A stretch of DNA of 62,997 bases, the filler included, from Hyphochytrium catenoides (taxonomy: Eukaryota > Protista > Hyphochytriomycota), in NCBI GenBank assembly GCA_900088475.1. It is 11 parts of 11 records of this genome, joined end to end, with 100 filler letters (N's around TTAATTAATTAA, not from the genome) between each part and the next. Parts side by side here need not be neighbours in the genome. Positions count along the whole stretch, not along the records: positions 12,184 to 25,677 come from FLMG01004541.1; positions 25,778 to 36,229 come from FLMG01003855.1; 9 more parts are not named here. One strand, 5' to 3'. Each line of letters starts with the position of its first letter. The stretch's first letter is position 1. This document shows, one piece after another, positions 24,881 through 36,329 of this stretch. The notes beneath the pieces were generated by a model. It was not told the DNA's origin, searched no databases, and saw only the letters and a list, made by a program, of their open reading frames with translations. The position numbers and the translations under genes were made by a program.

Positions 24881-25453
24881 TCTCCCTTTCTCTTTCTATC
24901 TGCTTGTTCAATGCTCTCTCCCCTCTCGTTCTTTCTCTTCTCTTTTTCTCCCTTGTAGCCGAAGTTCCCCTCTCGTCTCCCTCTTCGTTTTCAATCATTT
25001 CCCTTCCCCTCTCCTTCCTTCTCCCCTCGTCCTCCGTTCTCTTGCAGCGCCCTAGCTGGGTCTTCTTTCTCTTCTCTGTGTCGGCCAACGAGGTTGGATA
25101 TACTCTCTCTCTCCTTCTCCTCGTCTCTCTCTTCCATTCTCTCTCCCTCATTGCCCGATAAATGTCTCTTAAGCGCTAACGCTGCGCTTGGTGACCGCAG
25201 TGACGATACAAGGAGAAGGGAAGAAGGGAAGAAAGAGAAGAAGTTAAGAAAAACTCTCCTCTCCTTGCAACGATATGGAGCGGGAGACATGAGAGATAGG
25301 AAGATAAGTCTAAGCCTTTCTCCTCTTCGCCCATAGAGCTAGACGAGAAGCGCAAGGCAGAGAAAGAGAGAAATTGGGAGAGAAGCGAAGGCAGAGAGAA
25401 AGAGCGAGAGAGAATAAACCACCACAGGAAGGGAAGTCTCTCTCCTTTGAGCC

Positions 25454-25529
25454 ATGCCGGAGCCTGCAACAGAGTCTGCGGCGACCGAGCGCCCGCCGAT
25501 GGTGCGGCGATCGACCTATGATGCCATGG
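25454..25529 (+). CDS. Possible first exon of an unknown gene, cut by contig end
   Basis: ATG..MPEPATESAATERPPMVRRSTYDAM followed by a GTAAGC donor and a CT-rich intron-like tract. Confidence 0.35.
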
Positions 25530-26351
25530 GTAAGCCACACGCATACTCTCTGTCTCTCTCTTTCTCTCTCTCTCTGTCTGTCTCTTTCTCTATCTCTTTC
25601 CGCTGATCGTAACTCACAAACTCTGTCTTCTGTCTGTTTCGTTCCGTCTCTCTTTCTCTTTCTCTCCCTCCCCCCCCNNNNNNNNNNNNNNNNNNNNNNN
25701 NNNNNNNNNNNNNNNNNNNNNTTAATTAATTAANNNNNNNNNNNNNNNNNNNNNNNNNNNNNNNNNNNNNNNNNNNNTTGATTGCTAGGGGGTCACAGGG
25801 GTTGCAGCCAATCTTAGCAAACGTATGGGTCACCAAGTTCATATGATCCTAGCATAGATATAGGGTCGTTCTTATCGACTGCCCCATTTTCGGAGCAAGG
25901 GGCATTTGTGCAGCCCCGAGAGTGCCCCAATCACGTTTTGGGGCACTGCGATAAGAATGGAATTGGGGCATGGGGCAGTTGGGTAGGTCCCAAATCACAA
26001 AATTATCAACTTGGTGATTCATCACTTGCTCAGAGGAGGACAGACTAGATCATAAACCCAACCCTTCGAGTTATTCTTGGGCAGTACCTGTATAATGATA
26101 ACTTTTGAGCCGCTTCTCTCAAACTGCCACGATAAAAGCTCCCGCTTCCCGCCAAAAGAAGTGGTCTTCTTCACATCACCTCCTCCTCTTGCCTCCTTTT
26201 CCTCGATCATTCACCATAACAACAGTTGCCTGCTGGCTGTCTTGCTCTGATCATATCTGCTTTGCTTTCCGCTCCACTTCCATCGGCTCTGCAATCTCTC
26301 GTCATATCTACGTTGCCATCATCGTCACCAGATCAACACAGGTTGGATGAG

Positions 26352-29049
26352 ATGACGACGACGACGACGTCCTCCTCCTCTCCTCCTTTCTCTTTATCGT
26401 TCATACATGAACAACAAGAGGAAAGCTTCCGCTTTTCACCACCAAGCTTGCCATCGCAGCCGCAGTCGCCAACAGTGACATCACCTTCCGTCATGGCACA
26501 TTCTGCCGAAAGAGAACATGCACCGTTGTTACGGGACAATGTGAAGGAGCAAGCAGTTGTTGAAGGACTTGAGGCTGAATATACAAGAGCAGCAGGAGAT
26601 AATAAGAGGGAGGGCCCGCATGATGAGACTAGTAGGGAAAAAGGCAAGAGAAGAAAGAAGGACGCACCACCAGCCGTCGCTGCCAACAGCAAAACGAAAA
26701 AAAAGGAGGCCGGCCCTTCACCACCTCCTCCACTGTCAATGGATGGGCCGGCAACTGCTGCTGCCGCTAAAAAGAAGACAGCCACAGGAAACAAAAAAGC
26801 GCACCGAAAGGACGGTGCCAAAAAGCAGACGAAGGGAGATAAGAAGGTGCCTTATTACACTCATGCTTCCGATCTGCCACTGTTATATTAATGTTGGGTA
26901 TATAATAGTATTACAGAGGTATGGCTTGATATTTGGGATAGACTAATTGGATTGTAATGTTATTATGGCACTGTTGCTGTAGGAAGCAAATTGTGAAGTC
27001 ATTGGTTCTGTAGGGGTAGAACTACTTTCTCCCGACTAACCTTCTCTGCCTAATAATTAGACTATCTGTCCTAGGACTATAGGATACTGTACTCTAAGTA
27101 GCTACCTCTCAGGCAATCTACTTACCTAGAACTGTGTTGTAGTCAGTTCTATAATGTTCCTCGGAATAACCACATTGTACCTTTAAACCTTCTTGGTTGT
27201 TCTAAACCATCCGCATTGCTGTTGTAATCCTCAATGGTCCTTCTATAGAGGTCTTGTGGATTGTTCCAATCCGTTCTAGAATACCTTACTGTATTCTAGG
27301 TCATTCTGTAGTTTGGTTCTAGTTCTTTCCAAACTGTTCTAGATTACTCCAGTATGTTCTAGGTATATCTAGACGTTGTTCTAGATGTTCCACCTAGTTC
27401 GATGTCGGAGTGCTTTTATCCTCATAGCAAATCACAACAATATTGACCACAAGGTGCAGGCAGATGAGGCTCAGCCTCAAATAGCACTGCCGTTGCCAAG
27501 AAGAGGTAAGAAGAGGATTTGACGCTTGATTAAGAGGCGCAGTCACTAACACATCTTTGCATTCATTATGGCGAAATGACGTAAGTACTACTAAGAGCTC
27601 TAACGTCCACTATCCTCATTTGCTCTTTCAGACTTTATCGAGAGCGGAGGAGCGGCGGAAGAATTGGGAGCGGCCTCAACGTCTGAGCCACTAGGGACAG
27701 GCAGCCCTCCGCCGCCTGGAGGAGGGAAGACAGGGAAGCATGGGCAAGCGATGAGTAGCGATGAGGATAATCACGTTGCATCTTCTATCGATGACCACAG
27801 CCAGCCGCAGGTTTTTGAATCGCCAGGGACGGAAGCTAAGCAACAGCAAGGCAAGGCAGCAGCCTCCCGCCAGGACCTTCCTTATTCTGCATGGAATTCG
27901 AGGGCTTTGAGAGCAGAGTGTTCTCGGAGGAAGCTGAGAAACACATCGAACGCTTCGAAAGCAGTGCTGGTACAAGCGCTAAATGATAATGATTCCTTGC
28001 GCCAGCTGCTGGAAGATTCAGGGGTTCTGGAGGAAGAAGGAAGAAGATCAAAGACCAAGAAGAAAGAGAGCAAACAGAGCGGCAGGAGCAATGATGGCGC
28101 CGAGCACCAGGATTTTGCCAAGCCTTCCACCTTCAGGAAGACGAAGAACTGCACCTTCAGACTACTTAACATCCTCTTTCACGACGACTTTGCTGGCCGT
28201 CTCGGCAAAGAACAGGCTTCATTTGCAAGAGCTGAACTGGATAGCGGACAGGTGAACGCGAAAGCTCAGTTCTGGAAAGACGTCGAAGCTGCCTTTCAAG
28301 CGACCGATGACAAGAGGTTCGCGGACCTTCTGATTTCAGATCCAATGGATTCGGACCGATTCGAAGGAATTAACCCCACTATGGTCGAGAAGCATAATGC
28401 TGCGAAGCTGCTCGACATGTGGAAGGATTTGAAGGCTCTTTACCGCAAAGCGGACGGAAACTTTACAAAGTCAGGAGAACACAACTCGGATTTCTATAGC
28501 TTCTGTGGAGGCAAAATAGATGTTCTCTATCTTTGGAAGCATCTGCAGCTTAGACCAGGGCTTTTTGATGTGGTATTGGAGAAAATGCCAGATAACGCTA
28601 GACTGGATACTGGAGGAGAGCGATCGCAATCCCCGACAGACTCAATTGGAAGTTCCCGCAACACTTCCAGACACAGCTCAATATTGGAGAAACAATCGGA
28701 GCTGATGAGCTTCATAAAGGATGATAGTGTAGCAGCACAGGCATGGAGAGAGACAGCAGAGAAAAAAAAAGAGCAGAGACAGGCAGAAATGATGGAGGTC
28801 ATGCGGGGTCAGATGGCATCTATCAAAGACATTGCTGGGGTCTACAGAGGCAAGGCGGAAGCTGAAAGACGGCTTGCTCTACAGGAACAGTATGAAAAGA
28901 CACGCGAATCGGTAAATAACGTGCGTAGCCAGCTGTATAGGATGCGAGAGTCTGTTGTTGACCCACAAGAGCTCAAAGATGTAGAAGAAGATTTACAGTT
29001 CCTTGTCACTCAGAAAGCTTCTCTAAGAGCACTGTTGTTAAGCAATTAA
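26352..29049 (+). pseudogene. Harbinger accessory ORF2 (SAP-like + Myb/SANT-like + coiled coil), 3 exons, exon 2 interrupted by a solo LTR
   Basis: Exons 26352-26846, 26983-26991 + 27433-27505, and 27632-29049 are in frame once the insertion is removed. Motifs WNSRALRAECSRRKL..SKAVLVQAL (SAP-like) and FRLLNILF..FWKDV..LLDMWKDLKALY (Myb/SANT-like). Start codon uncertain. Confidence 0.8.
26992..27426 (+). mobile_element. Solo LTR-like insertion (435 bp), TSD GCAAAT
   Basis: TGTGA...TCATA termini; GCAAAT at 26986-26991 and 27427-27432; TA-rich interior. Confidence 0.78.
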
Positions 29050-29088
29050 GAGACAATAGTGGGCGTTCTTGTAAGCGCTACCTATTCT

Positions 29089-30626
29089 TCACTGTGTCTC
29101 ATGGATCTCTAACGATCGACGAGTTCTGTTCCGCTCGATGTTATGAACCGGCCTGCGGATATTTTCGCGCTCTATCGTCTGGACAATAAGGTCACGGATG
29201 GTACTGTTTCCTCTGTTCCTTTCTGCAAGGTCACTTGGCACATAGGGAAGTTCTCTCGCGCGCCCTGCAGCAGATGAGTCTTGGCGATAGCAAGGCTCCA
29301 TCTCATCCTCAATAACTACATTCGTTGGATCTGCAGCCAATCGCTCATTGATGCAGTAATTGTGGAGGCACAGCAGTGGACTACTTTCTGAACATTCTTG
29401 AGACTAGTCTCCAAAGGTTTCTTGAAAATTCTCCATTTGCAAACAAGAAATCCAAACGCCATCTCAATCTTGATTCTGAGCTGGCTCAGGTGGAAGTTGA
29501 AGCTATCCTCCGCTGGGCTTGTCCTTTGACCAGGAAAAGGTGTCAACAAATGCTCTGATGGACTGTACGCATTGTCTCCGAGAATATAGAACCCCATAGG
29601 AAGAGACTCAACTGTAGCAGCCAAGCTGCTTTCTTCGTATGCAACTATGTCATTCGTACCACCAGGATAGTCGATCCCAATAAATGTGAAGCGGCATTCA
29701 GCGTCGCAGCATGCCTGAATGTTCACTCCATAGCACTTGTAGGGACCAGAGAAGTATCTTCGCACTACCCGGGTCTCTCGGAAAGCGGGAGTTCTTATCT
29801 GACAGAGCCATCCATCCACGCAACCAACACATCCTATAAATGCTCTGTGACTGCTGAAATCAGCGAACTCTCCTGCGGCTCGTCTTATATCCGCAGCAGT
29901 TTCTGGAAACTGGATAGCGAGCGAGGGTTCTGAATTGATAGCATCCATGACCTGGTGTACACATCGGTAAAACGATGGCACACTCACCCCATATACAAGC
30001 CGTATGTCTATAAATGATCCTCCCGCGAGCCATCGTAGAGTCATAGCAAGCTTCCTCTCAGCAGTTATTGGCTTGTGGCCTGGGTGTAGACTAGCCATGG
30101 CCATATTTGACTCCAGACGAGGCCTAAGAAGTGCCAGAAGATGGTTAAAAGCCGCCTCGGACATGCGATACACCCGCTCAAAGCTAGCCTCACGCAAGAG
30201 CATACTGGTGTGCTTATCCCATTCTAGCCGTCTTCGAGGGAACTTTGCAGTTCTAACATCCTCAGCCAAGGACAATGCGGCGGAGCAGAGCTCGTTCATG
30301 GCCATAAGCAGCACAACATGCTTTCTATGTCCAGAGGTAACGAAGAATAAAGCCTGGTCAGAAGTCCCATCATTCTCATCACCTTCTTCGTCCTCGCCCA
30401 GTGCCACTTGGAATTGGATTAGGTTGCAAGTATTCAGCACGCTCTGCAGTAACACTGTGATGGCAATGTCATTAAATGGGCTGTCTGCTTCATCTCTGAG
30501 CCGTTTTCTCAAGCTCGAGAACCTTGGTTGGCGTCCGACGAGCGGCTGTGGCGCTTGCTGCTGCTGCTGCTCTGCTCGTTCTCCACCACTCTCAGAATCA
30601 GCTCCAGATGAAAGACCCTTCCTCAT
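29089..30626 (-). pseudogene. Harbinger/HARBI1-like DDE transposase with a single frameshift near the C-terminus
   Basis: RMSEAAFNHL..LRWLAGGS HTH region; GCVDGW, YGVNIQACCD, PGGTND, ILGDNAY, IEMAFGFLVCKWRIF. At ~29367 the frame shifts away from the conserved LHNYCI motif, which continues into ORF 29089-29340. Confidence 0.92.
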
Positions 30627-31039
30627 AATATTGCTAGTTCCTAGCTTTCCACAGAATGCAGCATGTGGCAGCAGCCAGCAGCCAGCCAGAAAGAGAACGG
30701 ATGGTGAAAGAAAGTTTTTTGCTGGGAGGGAGGAGAAGAAGAAGACAAAAAAAAAAGGAGAAGAATTCGCGAAGATTGATCTCTGTGAAGCTCTGTGAAG
30801 TGATGAATACAATCAGATCATGGCGGGGAAGAATCAAAAGAGAATCAAACGCGATTACTTAAGTTTTTTATTTCACTCTTTGGCGTGCCCCACTTCACTG
30901 CCCCATGCCCCAATCGCCACTGCCCCGATCAGAGGCAATCGGGGCACGAGGCATTTTTGGGGCAAGGTGAGAGCAGTTAACGGCCATTTTTTGCCCCAAT
31001 ATCGACTGCCCCATTTTTGGGGCAGTCGATAATAACGAG

Positions 31040-31520
31040 CCTAACCCGCACACGGTCTTATGCTATCCCGCTGCCCCATCCAAAATCCGCTGCCTTATTT
31101 TATCACACGCTACCTTTCTCATCCGCTGTCCGCTGCCCCTTCCCAATCCGCTGCCATATCTTTAACCCGCTACCCTTCCTTACCCGCTTCCTAACCCGCT
31201 GCCTATTCCTAACCCGCTGCCTATTCCTAATCTTTTCTATCCCTAACCCGCTCCCTATCTTAAACTAATCCGGTGCCCCGTTCCCTCGGCCTTATGCCTA
31301 ACCCGCTACCCCTTCCCAAATCCGCTGCCTTAAGTGCTACCCTTCCTTACCCGCTTTCTAACCTGCTGCCCTAACCCGCTGCCTATCCCAAGCCCGCTCG
31401 TTCTCTCATAATAATCTAGTGCCCCATCCCAGCCCACTGCCTTATCCCTAACCCGCTACCCTTCGTTACCCGCTAGGTAACCCGCTGCTCTTATTTTTAT
31501 CCGCTGCTACCGGCTGCCCT
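31040..31520. repeat. Degenerate minisatellite, ~18-20-bp unit, consensus ~TTCCTAACCCGCTGCC
   Basis: Roughly 20 recurring cctaacccgctgcc / ccgctacc cores directly after the Harbinger right end. Confidence 0.8.
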
Positions 31521-31735
31521 GTGCCCTCCCTTTCTTCTTGAGCTTATCTCCCTTTCTCCCTAGCACCAACTGCCCTCCTCAGTATCTATCATAACTTGAT
31601 AATGCTCGTTTGTTTAGCAACTACTCTTCCATACTCTTTCATAACCTTGCAAATGCCCACCCATTTTCACGCTCCTAACTCTTCTACCCCAACTTCAATC
31701 ATTCGGGTCGACTTGTTTACATTGGTTTACATGGT

Positions 31736-32645
31736 ACTTTAGAGAGAGAACAAAGTTGAGGCTATGAGCTGTGTAGCACAGAGTTTGTTCTCGCTAGTCA
31801 GTTATGTGGAGATTCTTTTGCACGCTAGGTGTCTGTTTCTCAAGTACGGTTCATTGGGAATTGTCGGACTTCTCCTGATAAGAGAGTCTTAGTTAGAGAT
31901 ACAAGCTTTTATCAAGTCTAACTCTACAACAGATTTGTCAGCACAGCACAATGACTGTTGACAAATCTCCCTTCAGACTGAGAGAGTCCGGGATTGTCCA
32001 TAAAAGACCAGAGATAACCCTAGTCTAAGGCTTCCTATGCCAGAGTCGAGTCACCCCTGGATAGACAGGTAGAGTGTTCCCTGACCTCACTTGACTAAGG
32101 GCCTTGAGGTTAGGTAGGCAACAGCTTCTCTCCTGATCCGTTACAACTTGACCAGTGACATCTCCATAGTAACCTCTGTACGTAACCTGTACTCACTAAG
32201 CTACAAACCCCTCTTCGCGTCAGAGGTCTCCCAGGTTGAATGCATCACAATGTTGGCGAAGGATTGACCGGGGCAATGCCTTCGTCAACATGTTATCATC
32301 TCTTCCGTGCGGCAGTAGAGAAGCTGAACCAATCCAGATTGAACACACTCACGCACAAAGTGATATCTCACGTCACGATGCTTAGTCCACCTCTTGTGGG
32401 TCTCCTCCTTGTGGCTCTCCTCCTTAGCTAGAGAAATAGGCCCTTGATGGTCCTTGTGAAGGACTAGAGGACAGTCCTTACCAACTCCGAGAGCTTTCGC
32501 ACCTTACTTTAGCCAAAGGAGTTCCCTTGTAGCCTCATTGGCCGCAACATATTCGGCTTCTGTACTGGAAAGAGCCACAGACTTCTGCCTTTTAGATGCC
32601 CACATAACTGAATTTGCGGCTAGTAAGAAGATGAATCCATAGGTA
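31736..32645 (-). mobile_element. Third copia fragment: RNaseH end, PPT and ~470-bp 3' LTR, related to the 8335-12083 element
   Basis: 32206-32645 aligns with ~8636-9060 (WASKRQKSVALSSTEAEY); ctacaaacccctc PPT/LTR junction at 32201-32213; the LTR interior resembles 8335-8635. Confidence 0.85.
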
Positions 32646-33282
32646 TTTGTCCTACGCGCCTTTCACTACTCGTACTTAGTATGTCACCTTGTTGTCCCTC
32701 ACTCGTACTTCTATCTCTGCAACAGGCAAAGAAAAATGAGCACGCCCGTGCTTTGGTTTAGCAAGGGAGAAACGATGACAGACCCCCTTTTTTTCTTTGT
32801 CCCTTTTTCTACTCTTCCATACCTTTTTATTCGTATACTCATGCATCGTCTGTCTCCCTTCGCTTTCTGTGTAACGTCCTTCCCGGTGACAAGCGTCAGG
32901 CACCTGGGCGGAGATGACTGGAGGAAGAAGAGAGGGCTGATGGAGTGACCCCTACTGAAAGAAAATTAACCAATTTAAAGGGAGGAAGAAAAGGAGAAAC
33001 AGAAGAGAGAAGCAGAAGAAGAGGTAGCTGCATACGTCGAATTTTGACTCTCTCTCTCTCTCTCCTAAAGGGATTTTTTTGTTTGCTAGAAAAAGATCTC
33101 GTGATTCTCTGCACTCTCGCACAATTTCATAATTGATAGAGGAACAAGAGGGGAATGACATCAAGGAACGGCGAAAGAGCGAGAACAGTAGAGAAAATAG
33201 AAAGGAAAAGAGAGGACATTCCCGGCGTCTCGTGAGTGTATCATTAGAACCAATGATACCCTGATGTTTTTCCTTCTAGCCG

Positions 33283-33540
33283 CTACCGCTTTCTTCCCTT
33301 ACGCGTCTGTTTTTTTGCTTGTATAAGGTCCGTAAATTCAGGAACGTTCTCTATGTTGGATCTCCCGTACTTTAGTCTCTGAATCAGTCCATGAAACATT
33401 TTTTGCACCTCTTCATTATCAGATAATGATAGTCGGAAGAAGAACTTAACTATCGACGATGGAGATTGCAAAATGAGATAAACAGTTTGCCAATTCAGAA
33501 CTGAGGGCACTGAGGGATGCTAGGACGTAGCACTAAGAAC
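33283..33540 (-). CDS. Possible terminal exon of an unknown protein
   Basis: Natural-looking ORF (..DNEEVQKMFHGLIQRLKYGRSNIENVPEFTDLIQAKKQTRKGRKR*); no recognisable domain. Confidence 0.25.
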
Positions 33541-34135
33541 CTATACATTACACAGGAGAAAGAAAGAAANNNNNNNNNNNNNNNNNNNNNNNNNNNNNNN
33601 NNNNNNNNNNNNNNNNACGGAGGCCAGATGAAGAAAAGAAGGCTGCTACTTCAAATCGGGCTAACCGACAGGGTAGACATGCAGAGGGAGGAGCGGTACG
33701 TAAACTGAAGATCTCACAATGGAAATGTGAGGAGAAAATAGAGCGATTGTCTCCGAGGACCAAAAACGGGTAGAGAATGAGAGACTGAAAGAATGTAGAG
33801 GCGTGCTGGAGATGCGTGATGCACGAAATGGGAAAATGAACAGCGGTAAAAGAAGGTGAACACATTGCCATAATCGTGTTAGAATATATATAGGGATATA
33901 GAGAAAGAGGAAAAAGAGATAGCAGAAAGAATGATGGACGAGAGAGGCCAGATAAAGCTAAGGAGAAGAAAGCAGTGACAAATAGAAGTTAGTGAAGCTA
34001 TCTAAACGGTGATCATAGCTACAATGAAAGAAGGATGGGGGAAAATAGGCTATGTAATGACAGAAAGCCCCTGCCTGGAAAGGGAGAGGTAGGGTCGTCC
34101 TAGCCACTGTAACAGGACGCCTGAGCTGAAGCAGC

Positions 34136-34625
34136 TGCGGGACCTTGTGAAGCTTCTGATGGGCCGATTTGCGATTTAGATGAGAAGATATTGGGATTCT
34201 CTCATGCTAATTGGAGATGGCTGAAGCTTCACAGTGCGTCATCAGAAGAGCAGAACAGGCCAGGGACTGGGAGCTGTCAGGAGGTAAGGAAGGAGCAGGA
34301 GAGGTCAGCAAGGAAACCTAGGAGTGAAGGTCAGAAGGGAGAGATCTTCGGGTGTGGAGAACAGTAGGGGNNNNNNNNNNNNNNNNNNNNNNNNNNNNNN
34401 NNNNNNNNNNNNNNNNNNNNNNNNNNNNNNNNNNNNNNNNNNNNNNTGCCTTGAAGCTGCACTGAGGCTCTTCTGACTGTTGCGCTGCCAGCTCAGATTA
34501 GTTCTCTTTGCGGATTCGTTATCGGTATCTGTCGGACGATATCTGAAGTTTATCGTGGCTTCAAAAATCAGTCTGCAGATTCGATCCGTGGCGCAGTCTT
34601 GGCTAATACCGAGACTGTCTCAGCC
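34136..34625 (+). mobile_element. Second copy of solo LTR-like family B (spans an N gap)
   Basis: Near-identical to the reverse complement of 9522-10178 on both sides of the gap. Confidence 0.85.
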
Positions 34626-35475
34626 ACTAAGATAAAAGAGGACACAAAAAGAAGGTTATCAGGAGACCAGGGTAGGGCAAGAGGAAAAGAGAGGCAGATG
34701 AGTTGCTACATGATGCCAGCCATTGATGTAGGAATAGGAACCGTAATCATAAGCAGGAGAGTAGGCCGCAACACTAGGAAACTATCAAGAGCCGTCGTGA
34801 GGAAAAGCGAAGAAGAAAAGCCAGGGAGAAGTCTCCTTTCCGGCAGCCACTCGCTGACTCCGAGTGTAGACGTTTAGCTAAGCAGGAGGCTGTCTTTAAA
34901 TTGTTGGGCGCTGCCTGCACTCGCCAATCCGGTCTCCTCCTGTGGCTAAGTACAAACCAGAATTAGTACGAACAACGACTAGCTGCAAGGCAGAGTTCGC
35001 CGCTGGGCACAAAGTTGAAGTGATCTTTGTCCGCCAGCTATTTATTAACCCAATGGAACGGCCACCACTGTCTGCACGTGGATGGGCAGGCCAATGACGA
35101 CATGCTTGAGGAGGTTAGAAACAACGCCCTTGATGAGGGAAATAGTAGGAGGAGAAAGATAGGTCATAGACGCTCTAGACAATACCAGAGTACAGGGGCT
35201 AATCAAAGAGTGACTGTCAGGAATGTTCGTCAGTTATGCTAAATAGAAGAAAAGAGGATTGAAGAGGAGCTTCTTCCTGTAGCTCTAACATCATCGATAG
35301 TCAAGTTTTTGCTTCACATCACAGAAGAGCAAGCCTGTTAATAAAGCTGCTCTTCTCTCTTGTTCCGCGCTTTTTCGCTCCTCGATAGTACTTTATAGAC
35401 TTGATTGTGTTCCCTTTGCTACCTCATCAATCTATAAACTCTGTAGACGGGCGTCTGCGCTTTGTGGCATCTCCT

Positions 35476-35780
35476 CAAGTACAGAGCCTTAGTTCAGTGC
35501 TGCTAATTGATCCAGGGAAAAGGCCTAGGCTGACGGCTCGTTGATGCTCGCTTCACTCTTTGCCCAAAGTCAGGAAACGGCAATCAAGATGATGGTGTTG
35601 AAGAGCTGTTTTCTATTTCCTTCTTCAAGTACAGAGCCGCCTTAGTTCCGTGCCTGCTAATCGATCCAGGGCAAAGGCCTAGTCTTACTGCTCGTGGATG
35701 CTCGCTTCACTCTTTGCTCAAACTCCGGGAAGAGCAATCAAGATGATGGTGTTGAAAAGCTCTTTCTTATTTCCTCCTTC
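35476..35780. repeat. Tandem duplication, 150-bp period, 2 copies
   Basis: caagtacagagcc..gatgctcgcttcactctttg..caatcaagatgatggtgttg starts at 35476 and at 35626. Confidence 0.9.
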
Positions 35781-36329
35781 TCTTCTCCTCTTGAACATTA
35801 GAGTAAATTAGTAATCTGTGCAGAAGCAGAGTAAACTAGTAATCTGTGCAGAAGCGCTGAAAGAAGATGAGCGAGCGTAGAGAGAACAGAGACGATTAAG
35901 GAGAGAGAGAGAAAAAAGAAAGAGAAGAAAACGAGGAGAGGTGAGAGAGAGAGAAAAGAAGGAGAAGAAAGAGCGTCTGTATTTCTTCTCTCGCTCCCCT
36001 CACCAGACGTTAGGGGTACCGATAGATCTGGGAAAGTTGATATCAGAGCGATGGTTTCTCGTCCCTGTCCCTCTCATTATCTCTCCTAGATTACTTAGAA
36101 GGAGCAATCGTTATCATCCATTTTTCCTTAGTTGACGACGTGGGGAAGCGACGGTACAGTGGGAGAAAGAGTGGAGAAACGGAAGAAAAGAGTGACAAGG
36201 TGAGTTAGCACCTCCACTTCCTCTGGTATNNNNNNNNNNNNNNNNNNNNNNNNNNNNNNNNNNNNNNNNNNNNTTAATTAATTAANNNNNNNNNNNNNNN
36301 NNNNNNNNNNNNNNNNNNNNNNNNNNNNN

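Larger units (their letters stand above)
25863..31041. mobile_element. Full-length PIF/Harbinger-type DNA transposon (5179 bp) with two convergent genes
   Basis: TIRs GGGTCGTTCTTATCGACTGCCCCA (25863) and GGCTCGTTATTATCGACTGCCCCA (reverse complement from 31041), 2 mismatches in 24; subterminal inverted ATTGGGGCATGGGGCAGT; TA flanks both ends; contains a DDE transposase and a Myb-like ORF2. Confidence 0.92.

Noticed and set aside
29355-29375. Programmed ribosomal frameshift in the transposase
   Set aside because: No slippery heptamer; a small deletion or assembly error is simpler.
30004-30798. 264-aa plus-strand ORF inside the transposon as a third gene
   Set aside because: Antisense shadow of the transposase with no motifs.
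31040-31520. CRISPR-like array
   Set aside because: Repeats are degenerate and nearly contiguous with no unique 25-45-bp spacers and no cas genes.
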